Origin: Calcarisporiella thermophila CBS 279.70
Lineage: Eukaryota; Fungi; Calcarisporiellomycota
Assembly: GCF_041956535.1 (NCBI RefSeq)
Contig: NW_027192222.1
Location: 1-64,000 of the forward strand
Length of the DNA: 64,000 nucleotides
Reading direction: 5' to 3'
Positions 36,993 to 50,264 of the stretch are shown here, piece by piece. The notes below the pieces were generated by a model that saw only the letters and a program-made list of their open reading frames with translations, made no database searches and was not told the DNA's origin. Position 1 is the stretch's first letter, and each line of letters begins with the position of its first letter. Position numbers and translations under genes: made by a program.

Positions 36993-38980
36993 ATGCTCCG
37001 TTCCCTAAATTTACTATTGCTATTTGTCCTCATCTTAAGGACCACATTCGCCCTCCCAATTGAGGTGATAAGGCTTCATGAGCGTTCAACAAAGCTTGTG
37101 TCGCCTCATTTCACGAACTATACCATCACATTTAACGAACCAAAGCTCTGCGATCCTGGCGTAAAGCAGTATTCTGGCTATAGTGTGTTTCTTTAATTCT
37201 GCCTATTTTCAATTCTATGCGTCTCTAACCAATGTGATTTCTACCATCAGTGCATACCCCCGATGACAAGCATATATTTTTCTGGTTTTTCGAGGCTCGT
37301 AACAATCCTGAGAATGCGCCGGTGACTCTATGGCTCAACGGAGGTCCAGGTTGCTCAAGTCTTATCGGGTATTTAGCTATTTTTAAATAGTATCTGTAGC
37401 TCTTTATTAATATACTATAAAGTATTTTCGAAGAAATGGGCCCATGTTCTTCCGATGGGAGCAAGACTATCTATCGCAAGCATTCCTGGACTGAGGTTTC
37501 GAATATGCTCTTCCTTGATCAACCAACGGGGACTGGATACTCATATGGCAACATGAGTGATGACTCCACCGTGAAAGCTGGGCAAGTTGTGTATAAATTC
37601 CTTCAACTTTGGTTGACCCACTTTGATAAATACCAGAAGCTGCCTTTTCATATCTTCGGAGAATCCTACGCGGGTGAGTAGTTGGCTGTAACTTCTCAAA
37701 TAGGCTGACCTATTTAATTAATGTCAAACTTATAGGCCATTATATTCCATCATTTGCGCGTACCATCATGGAGAACAACAAAAAATCAACAGATGAAAAA
37801 CTGGTTCACATCAACCTTATGAGCATAGGAATTGGCAACGGGTGGATTGAGTAAGCATTGCTCTCCTTTAGCTATTTCGGTTTCACATTCTCACCTTTTA
37901 CTTTTTTCTCATTTCCGCTGTAGTGCCCTAACTCAATAGTAAGCATACAATCATATGTTATTATTAGAAAATTGACTCAATTTATGTCTATGCATTAATA
38001 GCGGGAATTATGGTAACTTTATGTGCGAAAATCCCAGTGAGTGCTGCTGTATTTGTTGCTATGAGCTCGTCGTCACTGACTTGAAACTCTTTATTTTTAT
38101 TTAAGTTAAACAACTGACCTCCAAAGAGAATTGCACCAAGATCCAACATGAATATGAAGTGAGCTGTAAACCACAGAGTATGTGACATATCTTCAACTAT
38201 ATCAATACTCTCTCGTTGACAATCCTTTTATCATTTAGTCCAAAAATGTTACAGCGACATCTCCAATACCACGCAGTGTGCTTTTGCAGACGAGTTATGC
38301 ACGAATATAACCTACGTCCCTTTTCTCGATACACACCTAAATATATACAACTTCGTTCAGAGTGAGAAAGAGCAGATCCCAAGTGCCTGGGTGCAATATC
38401 TCCGTAAACCAGATGTAATGGAAGAGTTGGGAGCACATCCAAGTGTGAACTATACTGACTGCTCGGACCCTGTTGGCTCGAAATTTGGAAAGATTGGCGA
38501 TTCGGCGATGCCGTTTCATCAAGATGTGGAGTATCTGCTCGAAAAGAAACTAAGAGTACTTCTATACGCAGGAGATCAAGGTACTTCATTTCGATCGAAA
38601 TTTATTACCCCAATGCTAACAAATTTTCAATCACCTCACTAGATTTTATTTGCAATTGGTTTGGTAACCTGGAATTATCTAACAAACTCCAATGGAGTGG
38701 CCGTAAAAGTAGGCAACCTATTCTACTGGAATAGCTAATCCTTTCAAAAAACTAACGCTTCTCCTTTCGTTTCTATTATTTTTTAAAAAAATATCTAGTT
38801 TATGCAAATAAAGACCTCGAAGAGTGGAGCTACAAGAAGAGGCCTGCAGGCGAGCAAAAGTCGTATGGTAATCTCGCGTTTACGACAATATATGGAGCTG
38901 GACATGAAGTACCCTATTTTCAGCCTGAAGTGTCCCTCTACATGTTCCGTTCGTGGTTAGGAGGAAAAATGCATTTCTAA
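36993..38980 (+). CDS. Secreted serine carboxypeptidase (S10), many short exons
   Basis: Signal peptide, [30 protein letters not shown], catalytic GESYAG, DFICNW and AGHEVP. Confidence 0.93.
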
Positions 38981-39057
38981 ATTTGAATATTTAGTCCCCA
39001 CATCAGTTTATCTATACATTTATTCGACTCTCCGTATTGCGCTATTTGCTTGTATAA

Positions 39058-39425
39058 GTCGAGTAATTTATTTGAATCTCGCTGCTGTATTCGCGCTTTA
39101 TATATTGTACATTGAAAATCATGAAAAGCGGTATAATTATAATTATATATTATATTTTCCACTCAAATCAAATCTCTTTCAATAAATATTGCCAAGAGTA
39201 GAGGCAACTGCTCACCCCCTCCTTCCTTGAACACTTATGCTCGAATTCAGCTCGTTCTTTCCGTACTTCTCACATGATTTCAATGTATGGTTCACGCAAT
39301 GCATTACATACGACCGTATATACCACTTCTCCTTTTCTGTTTTGCGCGAATCTTGGATGATACACTGGTTTCTAACAACAAATAAACTCATCTAAAGTAA
39401 CAATAACGCGCCTCAGCCTCTCTAC
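39058..39425 (-). pseudogene. Decayed duplicate of the 3' end and 3' flank of the gene at 45751..46928
   Basis: Colinear similarity to ~45630..46015, e.g. gagtaatttatttgaatct, ggttcac..tgcattacat, cttctcctt.tctgtttt and cgaatcttggatg. Confidence 0.8.
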
Positions 39426-40189
39426 GCAAATCCTATCCCTCATATTCTTTTGGCCGTTTGAAAGATAAAATTTAGAAATTAGTGATGGATAAATTTATCG
39501 AACAATACCATCGTACAGAGGATTTTGATCTTTTCGAAAAAGCGGGATTGTGTTTTATCGGCAGTAAAGTTGGTTATTATAGCATTATAATAACAAGGAG
39601 GTGAAGATAATACTACCTCCTCAACAGTCTAGTTCCAAAGCTCTTGTGCCTTGGTTGCGTCCTTACACTCTTCTGTCGCCACGCTTCTACATATTCCTTT
39701 TTCACCACGGGTGGACATTTTGCTCGGGCGGCCTATTATCTTTCTTCATAATAAATCGCTATATCCCAAGAAAGTTGCAAACAAAATATTCAATATTGTG
39801 AACATCGTATAAGCAGGCACGGTTAGATTTTAATACATAATTTTACTTATCTGTAATAGTATCTTTCAGTAAATATGATCTATTTATTAAAAATAAAGAG
39901 CTACCGCAGAACTTTCCGGAGATATATTACAAAGACCTCTTCTTTAGATTTCTCTCATGAGATAATTCTATCTTAGAAAAATATGACCATCCAACAAAAG
40001 GTTGTTTGAATTTTTACCAGTTTTTTGGAGAGATTCTAGTCCCCCAGTCCCTCTAGGCACATAATTTGGCGAAAAAAGGTAACTACTTGTATAGTAAAAC
40101 GAATTATTACTGGTCCGTAAATATATGCTCCACGTCTCTGGAAGTTTAAATTTTCGATGGAAGTGAGCCTGGTAGAGATTTTACCAGTA

Positions 40190-40490
40190 TAAGATCCACC
40201 ACAATATGGGATCCATTTCGTTGGCAGCAGCCCAAATTAGTGGGGAGTCAAAGGGTGCCAATCTCGTATCAAACAATGGTAATTCGGTATATACATCACA
40301 TGCTTCGTTTTATGGATATCCCTAGCATACGAATTGCTCAATTACACCAAGAGATACATCTTCAAAATTGAACCCTAAGCGATTTGGGTCTAGTCTCTGT
40401 GCCATTGTCATCACAGGCTTCTTGATAGAATTGAACGAGTAGTCATCTTTTCTATCGAGTCTTCGCTCTGATTGCCGAGTTGTTGCTCCT
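40190..40490 (-). mobile_element. Degenerate partial copy of the hAT transposase C-terminal region
   Basis: Strong similarity to 41396..41690, e.g. caatatgggatccattt..ttggcagcagcccaaattagtggggagtcaaa and gtcatcacaggcttcttgata. Confidence 0.85.
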
Positions 40491-41127
40491 TAGCTGCCGC
40501 CGCGCCATTTTAATCTCGATTCAAATTCACAGCTCAACTTGTTAAATGGGATTTTTCAGAGCATTCAGGGAATAATATTCTCGAATGAAACAATAGTTCC
40601 TTTTTACAGACCACTAGAAAGGAATATTTAATTAATTCTCATATCAATTGGCTATACACAGTGAATTTAGCTCTACCCTTGCTGTAAATATTCTATAGTT
40701 CCTTTATACATGAATTCCGTAGAGAGGCTGATTTAGCCTTCGGATTATATTTTCTGTCTTTACGGAACTTGGATAATTTAAGTGTATAAATAGCCTTTAG
40801 ATCCTATTCTTTGTAACTGGAGTCAACAAGAAGTAGCTAGAACATTATTGGTTGCAATTACAATGTCATCGTTATTAGTGGGATATATGGCGATTAGGAG
40901 TGTGATAGGAATAATATGTAAGACATAGATAAATCAAAGAAATCAAATTAATACAAAGACAATCCTGTCTATTATTACAATCATACGAAAATGCTCTTGA
41001 ATAAGTTAGAGATGTTGTGAAATTTGGAGTATTTATCTGGTTGCAGTTACTGCTCTTGTAAAAGCTATGTCCCCCTTTATGCTCGTTAACCAACATTAGA
41101 TATCATATGCGCCCGAATTATATATTT

Positions 41128-42870
41128 TTAAGATAAATCGTCCTCGCAGTCTCCTTCTTCCAACTCCTCCTCAGTGAACCATATATGTGGATCGCTTATC
41201 CCGTTTTGTAGGCGCAAACTGGAGTATATATTCACCAGTTTGAAGAGCTTTGGATTTTTCGAACGATTCCATATTCCACTGTGTATGAATCCCAAGTCCG
41301 ACCAGATTCGCTCTGATACAGCTGCGGTTGCAGACATTGAGAGTACGGTGATGGCAAGCTTCGCTAACTCTGGAGAGAGTGACGTATGTACTTTCCACCA
41401 CAATATGGGATCCATTTCTTTGGCAGCAGCCCAAATTAGTGGGGAGTCAAACGGTGCCGATCTCGAATTAAACAATAGTAATTCGGTATATATATCACAT
41501 GCTTCGTCTTGTGGATATCTCTCGCTTAGGAATTGCTCAATGTCTCCAAGCGACACATCTTTAAAATTAAACGCTGAGCGATTAGGGTCGAGTACCTGAG
41601 CTATCGTCATCACAGGCTTCTTGATAAAATTGAAACGAGCAGCAATCTTTTCTATCAAGTCTTCGCTCAGATTGCCGGGTTGTTGCTCAGCCATTCTCAT
41701 TAATGAATGGTAGTGTTGATTGACTATTGAAAGGCGGGGAAAGTCTCTTTCAAGATCAACAACTACATCTGCAATTGGTTTAGTAAAGTTGCGCAATGCT
41801 TCCACTTTATCTCACCACGTATCTTGAAGCAAACAGCGTAGTTCAGATGAAGTGAGCTCCAAAGCTGCCGTTTGGAGAGGTGTTCGCGAGGACAAAATAG
41901 ATTCCAGGCATTTTGAGTAAGAGAGCCAGCGAGCCTCTACTGGAAGAGTAAGAGCAATTTCATGACCAAGCTTCTCTCTTTGAATCTTCTTAAGAATGGA
42001 ATAAGGAATCGGGTGATTTATAAACCACTTCGCTATTGCTTTCACTTCTCCAACTATGGTCACCGTCCAGGGTAGATTTAAAACATCTTTAAGAAGTAAT
42101 TTGGTGGCATGTAAAGCGCATCCATAACATACGAGGTTGCTAAACTCCTTTTCAAGGATACTCCAGGCTATTTTCATAGTTGCCGTGTTATCCGTCACTA
42201 CAGCTTTCACCTTATTAGGGCCAATTCTCCTGATAGTATTTGATATTTTATTTGCAGCGTATTCTCCTGTATATTGATTAGCATCTGTAAATATAGCGTC
42301 GTAGAAGAAGGGCTTAGGCGTAGTTATTACAAATATCATTACAACTTCTCCTCTGATACTTGTCGAATCGGTCAAAAGACATATATTCTCGCTATTTTCT
42401 AAACTTTGATCGAGCTCTTGTTTGACGTCTCCGAATATTTTGGACAAAATAGAGTCCGCAAGTCGACTTCGTGAAATAGGATTGTAGCCAGGTCTTATTT
42501 TCTTCAAAAATTGTCGAAAATATTCATTTTCAACAAAGTCGAACGCTACACCTTCACTAAATAAAGCTTTTGCGAGCAATTCATCGACCTCAGTTATATC
42601 TTCCTCAGCAGCTTCAGGTAAAATGCGCTTATGCTTTCCTAGGTTTATGGTCGTCGAACTAGAAGGAATTGTGTCTGATCTTGCCAACTCGGAAATGTTA
42701 TAATTTGTCCCTGGGTAGCGACATCTTAATAAATGCATTCTGATTTGGTTCGCACCTTCTGTCCAAAACATTGTACCGCAGTTATTACAACGGACGAGTG
42801 AAGATTGCTCGCCCTGTTTAATTATATCGACGGATTCCAAGATGTTATTTTTTTCATTATCCATTTTCAA
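41128..42870 (-). mobile_element. hAT-superfamily transposase (BED-like Zn finger, DUF659 core, hATC dimerisation domain) interrupted by one in-frame TGA at 41812..41814
   Basis: VRCNNC..MHLLRC, VVTDNTATMKIAW, CALHATKLLLKD, PVEARW, DPILWWK and PELAKLAITVLSMSATAAVSERIWS. The two listed ORFs are in the same frame. Confidence 0.9.
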
Positions 42871-45033
42871 CTAAAACCAACAAAACAAATGATTTATAAA
42901 AGTCGAGCAGTGAAATCAATTTTTTTAAAAAATAATACCGTAAGAAAGCGAAATGATGGATCTCATGAGTAGAATTGAATGTTTTTAAAAGGGAAGAGAC
43001 GGAGGCATTTTAAAATGGTTTTTATTTTTCTCACCGAGAAAATATAGATAAATTTGAGAAACTCAGCAGAAATACTGGATTTAGAAATTAGAGAATCAGT
43101 TTCAGAAATTTCTGCAACTATTAATATATCTTGAAAAATTCTATTTCTAGAATAATTACTCATTATATATGTTATTAAGATACAAAAGATTATATAGATA
43201 CGAAAGATATCAGGTCTGATCGATTAATTGTACATTTTTTGTCCTTGCTCTTTCGTAATACAGTATTTATTCTCGCTAAAAGCATCAAACGATATAGTAA
43301 AGAGCTAAATTCACTTGATCAACTAAATAATCTATGACTAGCAAAGAGGTCTTACATTAATATTTATATACAATAGAAGGGATTGACGCATTTATTTTTC
43401 TTATAGCCTCTCTCGGCTACAAGTATTTGATTCGCTGTTTATAAATCACGAGCAAACTCTACATTTGTTCAAAGTAGCTCATCGCGGTTTCATATCTGTA
43501 ATATACTCGATGTCATATTGATCCCATGCTCCCTCCTCTACCCCCTCCTTCACGTCCAGCATGACAGAATCCTCGGTAGTTTTGGCGGCAACCACTTTAA
43601 TATAGATATCGCCGATATGACCTCACATGCGACTAGTTGGGCTGTTTTGCAAAGCAAAGAGATATTCTCCTACAAGAATTCCAAAATGATACTTAACTAG
43701 TCATGATATCAATATCGACCTTAAATGCACATTACTTACACTCTTCGATTGTTTTCAACCGTGCCTTTGAACTTTCTTTGGAATGATGCGTTGAATATCA
43801 CTGAAAACCAAGGAAATAAATTTCTGTAAGAATTGAATATGGGAGTAGGTAGTCATATCTTTCTAAACTATGCCTGGATCTCTTACGCATTTCGTCCGCT
43901 TTTCAATACGCATAAGGGTCTGTTTCGGAACATAAGGGACTTCTGAAGAGCGTCCGCATTGCCTTTTCTTTCTGGTTTTAAGAAGAAAGATGATTTTCAC
44001 TTCAGTCCCCGTATATCAATCGTATTTGATATATCGCCTACTTACAAGTGAGATAATAGCACTTTGTGTGCTTCACGCTGATCACACATACCGCAAATAT
44101 CGGTGAAATACTTCGCAAAGAATTTGACCCTCATGGCTTGCCAATTACAGACTCTATAGATAATGTTAGCTGTATCTTAGTTGGTGTATTATACCAACCT
44201 ACTCAGTTTATCGGATCATAATTGTTGGCCTCACATTTAGCAGGATAGAAATACTTTTGTCCATATTTATCGGTAATCTTGTACGCTTGATATTCTCGAG
44301 CTGTTTCTTTACTCCCTAAGAATGTTCTTGCATTCTGTTTATCAGAGCATATCAAATGATACTCAGCAGTAGATAGAAGTGAAGAAAAAAAGCAATAGTT
44401 TTGGTTATCTAATGTCTACGATTTATTAAATACTCGACGTCCAATGGGGTATTCCCTTCCGACATTGAGATAGCTTGGGGATGATATTGGGATTTGTTTT
44501 GGTTGGCTTCTCGAGACGCCTAATTCTTACATATATATCAGTTTTTTCATATTATATTTCTAACCTAGTTGATGTGGATTCTTGAAAAACTCCATTGTGA
44601 TCAGTTGGAACAAAGGAGAAATTCTAAATTCTAAATTCTAACTATAACCTAACTATTTAAAATTCATAACAACACATAGATATTAAAAATATTAAACAAA
44701 TCGTTTGACTATTAAGAGGCTACACAGTGACCCACTATTTCTCTTATCTCTCTTTAGACAAAGGCACATCACTTGGATGTTAGGACAAGATATATCAAAC
44801 CCAATCGCCGAGTCATTATGGTCACGAATTTAGAATAATATCTTTGTTAGGTTTATCTACGCCCTTGTTTGCGATAAAAAGGACAATCATCTATTTTCAT
44901 TTATTAATCTAAAGATAGCACATATAGTATTCGCCGTATATAAGTCAAGAGTAAAACCTGCATTGCTCAACGTGGTTCATATTAGTATCATTTTTTGCAT
45001 ATAAATCGAAATAGCAGTAATATTGTTATTTCT

Positions 45034-45454
45034 AAGTAGTAATTCATCTTACCGCTATTCGGTAATTTATAATGGATATATGGTCAGTCTTCAAACGGTG
45101 AGTCTCACCTTTTAAGCATTCGAGTATCTATTCAGGACGCAGATTATATGGTTTTATTCTATTTGTTCGTGGAGATGACATGCCAGTTATTCCTCTCATT
45201 TGAGTATGCGAGGAGAGAGAAATTTCCTTTATTGTTTACCATTTGTTCTTGGTCTTTTTGTAAACTCGTCAAGAAAAGGTAAGCAAAAGTGAGATGAATA
45301 GCGGACATGTCACCTCCACGAACAAATTGAGTAAAATCCATATAATCTGCGTCCAGAATAGATACTCGAATGCTTAAAAGGTGTGACTTACCGTTTGGAG
45401 ACTGACCGTTTATCCATTGTAGGTTACGAATAGCGGTAAGATGAATTACTACTT
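45034..45454. mobile_element. MITE/foldback-like element with ~165-bp imperfect inverted repeats
   Basis: 45034..~45197 (aagtagtaattcatcttaccgctattcg...ttttaagcattcgagtatctattc...) is the reverse complement of ~45291..45454 (...gaatagatactcgaatgcttaaaagg...cgaatagcggtaagatgaattactactt). Confidence 0.85.
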
Positions 45455-45750
45455 GTGCAAGTAGCCATCCATCTCGATGCCGATATATGCTCCGCTGAAT
45501 TCGTGCCCTATTATCAGCCTGAGATACCTCTATACACGTTTCGTTCGTGGTTGGGGGGGGGGGGAATGCACATTTAAATATGATTATTTGGTTCCTACAC
45601 CACTTATCTATGCATTTTTTGCTTGTGAATATCGAGTAATTTATTTGAATCTTGCTGATGTATTCTCTTTATATATATTATAAAGTGAAACCGTGAAAAA
45701 ATCAATTTTAGTTTTTCTTTATTTTACCAATTTAAATCCATCCTCTATCA

Positions 45751-46928
45751 TTATAAATTACCAGAGGCAGAAGCAAATGCACGCTCCCACCTTCCCTTAA
45801 ACTCCTCCGCTCGCATTTTCAGCTCATCCTCTCCGTGTTTCTCGCATGCTTTCAATACCTGGTTCACACAGTGCATTACATGCAACCGTGCGTAATCCTT
45901 CTCCTTCTCTGTTTTACACGAATCTTGGATGGCCCCCACCAACTTATCTTCGGTTTCCAACAACGAAAAGAACTCGTCCGCAGTAATTTTAGCACGTCTC
46001 CAAGCCTCCTCTTCTCCAAGATAAGCGTGAGATTTCAAGCTTTCCGAAATGAGCATTGCGTAGGCAGAAGGATCTACATTGTTGGAATAGAGCCCATAAT
46101 ATTGGCCTATCAAATAGGTTTGAAAGGCTTTGTCAAAAGTTTCCTCGCTCTGCTTCTTTATAAAAGCACGCATCAAGCGTCGAATATCCACCTGCGCTGG
46201 GTCAAGATTATAGGTGAAGCGATCCGCAAGCATAGTAAATGCTACTTCTGGTTTGCCCAATCTACAGGCCTTGCGGATTAGAATCTCCGTTGTTGTCCTC
46301 CCGATGGGCAGCAACTTCTTGCGCCATTGAGCAATCAAATCGGGTAGTTTTTCGATTTCACCAGGATGTTGTACATGATATCGCACGAGGTGGTTGAGAG
46401 CAGTGTGTCGTGGAAGCTCATGTTCACCACGAGAAGGATCCGTCTTTTCCATAAGGCTCTCGTAAAGGGAGGCAAATTTAGGTTCGGATTCTGGCTTGGA
46501 GGTATCGGTAGTTTGAGAAGAGGCAGAATCGAAATCTTTTTCGGAAAACGCATCCTCAATCTCGAGCTCTTCCTCAAGCGCCGCGAGATCCTCTTCAATG
46601 GAGGCGCGCTTCTTCTTTAATACTATTCATATATGATCGTATTAGTTGATGAAACAATTCAAAAATTCTGCCTAAAAAACAAAGAAGGCTATAAACCTGT
46701 AGGCGCGGTAAAGAATGGGCGACTGGATGCTCGATTCCATGTAGCAGTAACATTGACCTCGTAGAACCGCCCTAAATCAGATGGGTCATTATAAATCTAG
46801 AAACTTGTACTACTCGACGAAATGTTACCTCTTGCAATAGTTGTAGAATTATGCAATTTACTTCCTCTACTCTCCGCTGCATGTCGCCATGCGTGCCGAA
46901 ATACTGGCAGGATTCTTCGTGATAGCAT
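45751..46928 (-). CDS. Mitochondrially targeted helical-repeat (PPR-like, mS27-like) protein
   Basis: Arg-rich presequence MLSRRILPVFRHAWRHAA and ILIRKACRLGKPEVAFTMLADRFTYNL segment; the family assignment is from recall. Confidence 0.6.
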
Positions 46929-47523
46929 GTTTTATTTTTTAAGATCTCGACGGCAGTTTACCTCTGGACTTTGTTTTCTGTCTTGCTGGACTGCTATTGC
47001 TGCGCCTCATATTCTCCATAAGGTATCGAAACAAATTAAACAATCAATTGACATCGTATAATCCGAATACAAGATAATCGAAAAATATGGTAAAAAAATT
47101 GATGAATGACGAGAAATAGTATAAAATTTAGTTTGCTTGCTTTATTTCTCGCTAATATATCAATATGAAAAATTACTCAACTCTTTAAGTCTCAGGGATT
47201 TAATTCATGATAATTATATATCGGGAGATAGGTTTGCCAAAAACTACCAATTTAGAATAATAGTATAATAATAATAATACTTATTAGGGATGCAAAGGCA
47301 TCGAATGTTGTATGATTTTGAAATTTATTGTACAAGATTAAGTATAAAATGATATAAATGAAAATGTCCTTGTGGTTGGTATAGAAGGTGATTCTAACTA
47401 CTAATTACATCGATTGAAGTCGTGTTGCAAAAGAAAAATGGCAAAGAAATTGCTCCTCTATATAGCCTTTAACTCGCATCTTATTTCTCGAATTCATTGA
47501 TTTATCATCCCATAAATATATCA

Positions 47524-50264
47524 TTATGAGGTCGTTGCATTATCTACACTTTCATAGTCATTAACTGAGAGGCTCTCTCCTGCATCCCACTCATCTTCCC
47601 AGTCTCTATCCATCCATTCATCTCTCATTGCCTCGTAGTTATTGGTATCATGAATTTCAATAACCTCTGGTAAATCTCCGCCTTTCTCAGGAAGAATCTT
47701 TCGTGGTTTTCCCAAAATTCTCTTTCTCTGCTCGCGCCGTGGAATGTTCGTCAAACGCCAAAACCGAATAAATTGTGGCGAAAGAGATATATTAACTCTT
47801 CTCCACAGCTTTTGTTCTGCACATACATCGCGCCAAAAATCAAGCATGTCGATATTCCTAGTAAGTCGCCATTCATCGATTGCTCGCCGCTTACGAATAT
47901 GCCAGAGATTTTGTCTCTTGGTCTCAACATCTTCACCACTGTCCTCATAATACTCATATCCTTCTATCTCAAATTCAGGGACCTGTTGAAAACCAAGTTC
48001 TCTCCATAAGTCTTTTCCTATTGTTGCCCCAGAATTATCATGATAGACTGACAAATCATCTTCCTTCTCATCGTCACCCTCTTCCATAACTCCATCTGTA
48101 TCACTTGAAGATTCATTTTCGGCACGCCTTCTCTTCCGCTCTTCATGCTCGCTATCCTCGCTGTCATCTTCCTCCGTTGAGCCCATGGCAATACCATTGA
48201 TTTCCATTTCGTTGTCACTTTCACGCCTTTCCTCATGCAAGTTGCGCTTTCGTTTGTGCTTACCAATTTCTGCATTAATATTTGTATTTTCGATTGACCA
48301 TTGGCTTTTTTCCTCACTAAAGCGTGCCCATGGGCCACAAGTGATGTAGCCATCTCGGCGAATAAAAGGTCTGTTGAGACGAGTTGGCATCTCACGAAAA
48401 TATTCCTTTAGAGATAAAGATTTGCGCTCGTGTCGGGAAATTGCTGCCGTCACATCAGAGAGTTCAATCAAATGTTCATACTTTCCAACCTCGTCAGCGT
48501 CCATTAATTTAAATCCTTGACGGTGCTGTGATCCTTGGCCATTTTCACCACTAGATATATTCATGGCATCAGTCGAGTTTGCTAGAGCAGGAGGGGATGT
48601 GGATTCCGAGCAAGTATTTTGAGTGGAAATCGCAACATCCTCTTCCTCTTCTGAACCAAGTATCCCTTCCCACTCAGATCCATACTCGCTCCCCTCTTTC
48701 AGAGGAGCATTGGAGTCGGAAATATCTTCTTCATCGCTTGAATTGGTATCTACACGGACGCTGCTCGGTGGAAAGCGCCGGCGTCGTTCCTCAGCAAGAA
48801 AAATAGCATAGCCAAGGACATCATAGAGCCAATCGTGGAGGATAGCACCAAAATAAATGACATTATCCTTGAAAAATTGGGTTGAAGGACGCTGGACGTA
48901 AAATCTAGATAAATAAGATGTATGCGATAATCGATTGAATAATTAGATTTTTTTTAATAACCCAAGGTTACTACATACATTTCCGAAAAGGATTTCAGTC
49001 TACGCAATTTTATGAGATCAAAATATTTCTGATTCAAAGGAGCCGGATTTATCTCTTCAACAGGATCATTTTTCAATTCATGGTGTTCAAGCAGAGCACT
49101 AAGATGCTCGCTTTCGCGGTTCTCGAACTCAAGCCATGCGTCTGATACTTCTCGTGCAGCCGGAATGTCGCTCAAGGGTATAGCTATATATAAAAGCGAA
49201 GGTTGAAGGAGATTTTTAATACTCTCAATAGATAACTTAGCCATCACACAAAAAATTAGCTTACGCTCGAATCCTTTGGACAGCTTTTGCAGCCAACGTA
49301 AATAAAGCTCGACTTGTATATCATTCTTTGTAGGAACCGATTTGGCTATGGCTCGCAGGTTTCGCTTACCAAATCGTCCAAGGGCTTCAAAAAACTGCTC
49401 CTTCTCAATTGCAGTCCAGTAGACTCCCTCAACAATCGAGTCAGATAAGCAATTGCTCGATCTAGAGTGGTGAAGTGTTTGAGATTCTTCATGGAATATT
49501 ATTCCATAGTCGCGCGTATGCTGGATGCACCAGCGAATGGAAGGAACTCGAGTACGAATTATGCGGCGCCATGTCGGTAATTGGGTCGTCTGCTGAAATT
49601 CGACGGATGTTCGTCTTCGTATCTTATTTGTGGTTGCCTCGAGTTGAGGAGTTGGCTTTGATCGTATTTTACGCCTCCCACTTTGACCCTCTCCTTCATA
49701 ACCGCTGGTATTTTCTCCTCTCATTTCGCGGGCAGGCCCTTCCCCGCTGCTCTCATTTCTTTGCCTTGCCACCGCAAGCAATTTTTGTCTTCTCAACCTG
49801 AGCTGATTTTGTCTTTCCAAAGTGCGCTGCATTTTTTCTCTCTGGGCTGGAGGTAATGCTTCAATTCGCTTCAATCGTTGCATCTTACGCAATCTTCTAT
49901 CCTCCTCCTTAAGCTGTCGAATTTTAAGCATCCTCTGATCATGTTCATGTCTCTCTTCAGGCGTCATGCGATTTCGTTCTTCACGCTGACGTCTTTTCGT
50001 CTCCCGTATTTTTAACAGTCGTAACTGTTCACTCTCATTAAGTGTTGCTATTTCTGCAAGTCTCTGTTCCTCTGTCATTTTGTTCTTTCGAATATAATAT
50101 CGTCGACATTTATCACTATTCTTGATCTTTCTTATCCGCTCTTCCTCAGGCAATTGTTCGAGCTCGCGCTGTTTTTCAGCTAGGAACCGCTCCCTGGCTT
50201 TCGCTCGATAGATCTTCTTTCTCTCATATCTTCTCTTTCGCCTCGCAATTTCAACTTCGTTCAT
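47524..50264 (-). CDS. Myb/SANT-domain protein, Rrn5-like (RNA Pol I upstream activation factor subunit)
   Basis: WTAIEKEQFFEALGRFGKRNLRAIAKSVPTKNDIQVELYL and IPLSDIPAAREVSDAWLEFE; introns near 49190-49264 and 48906-48978. Confidence 0.7.
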
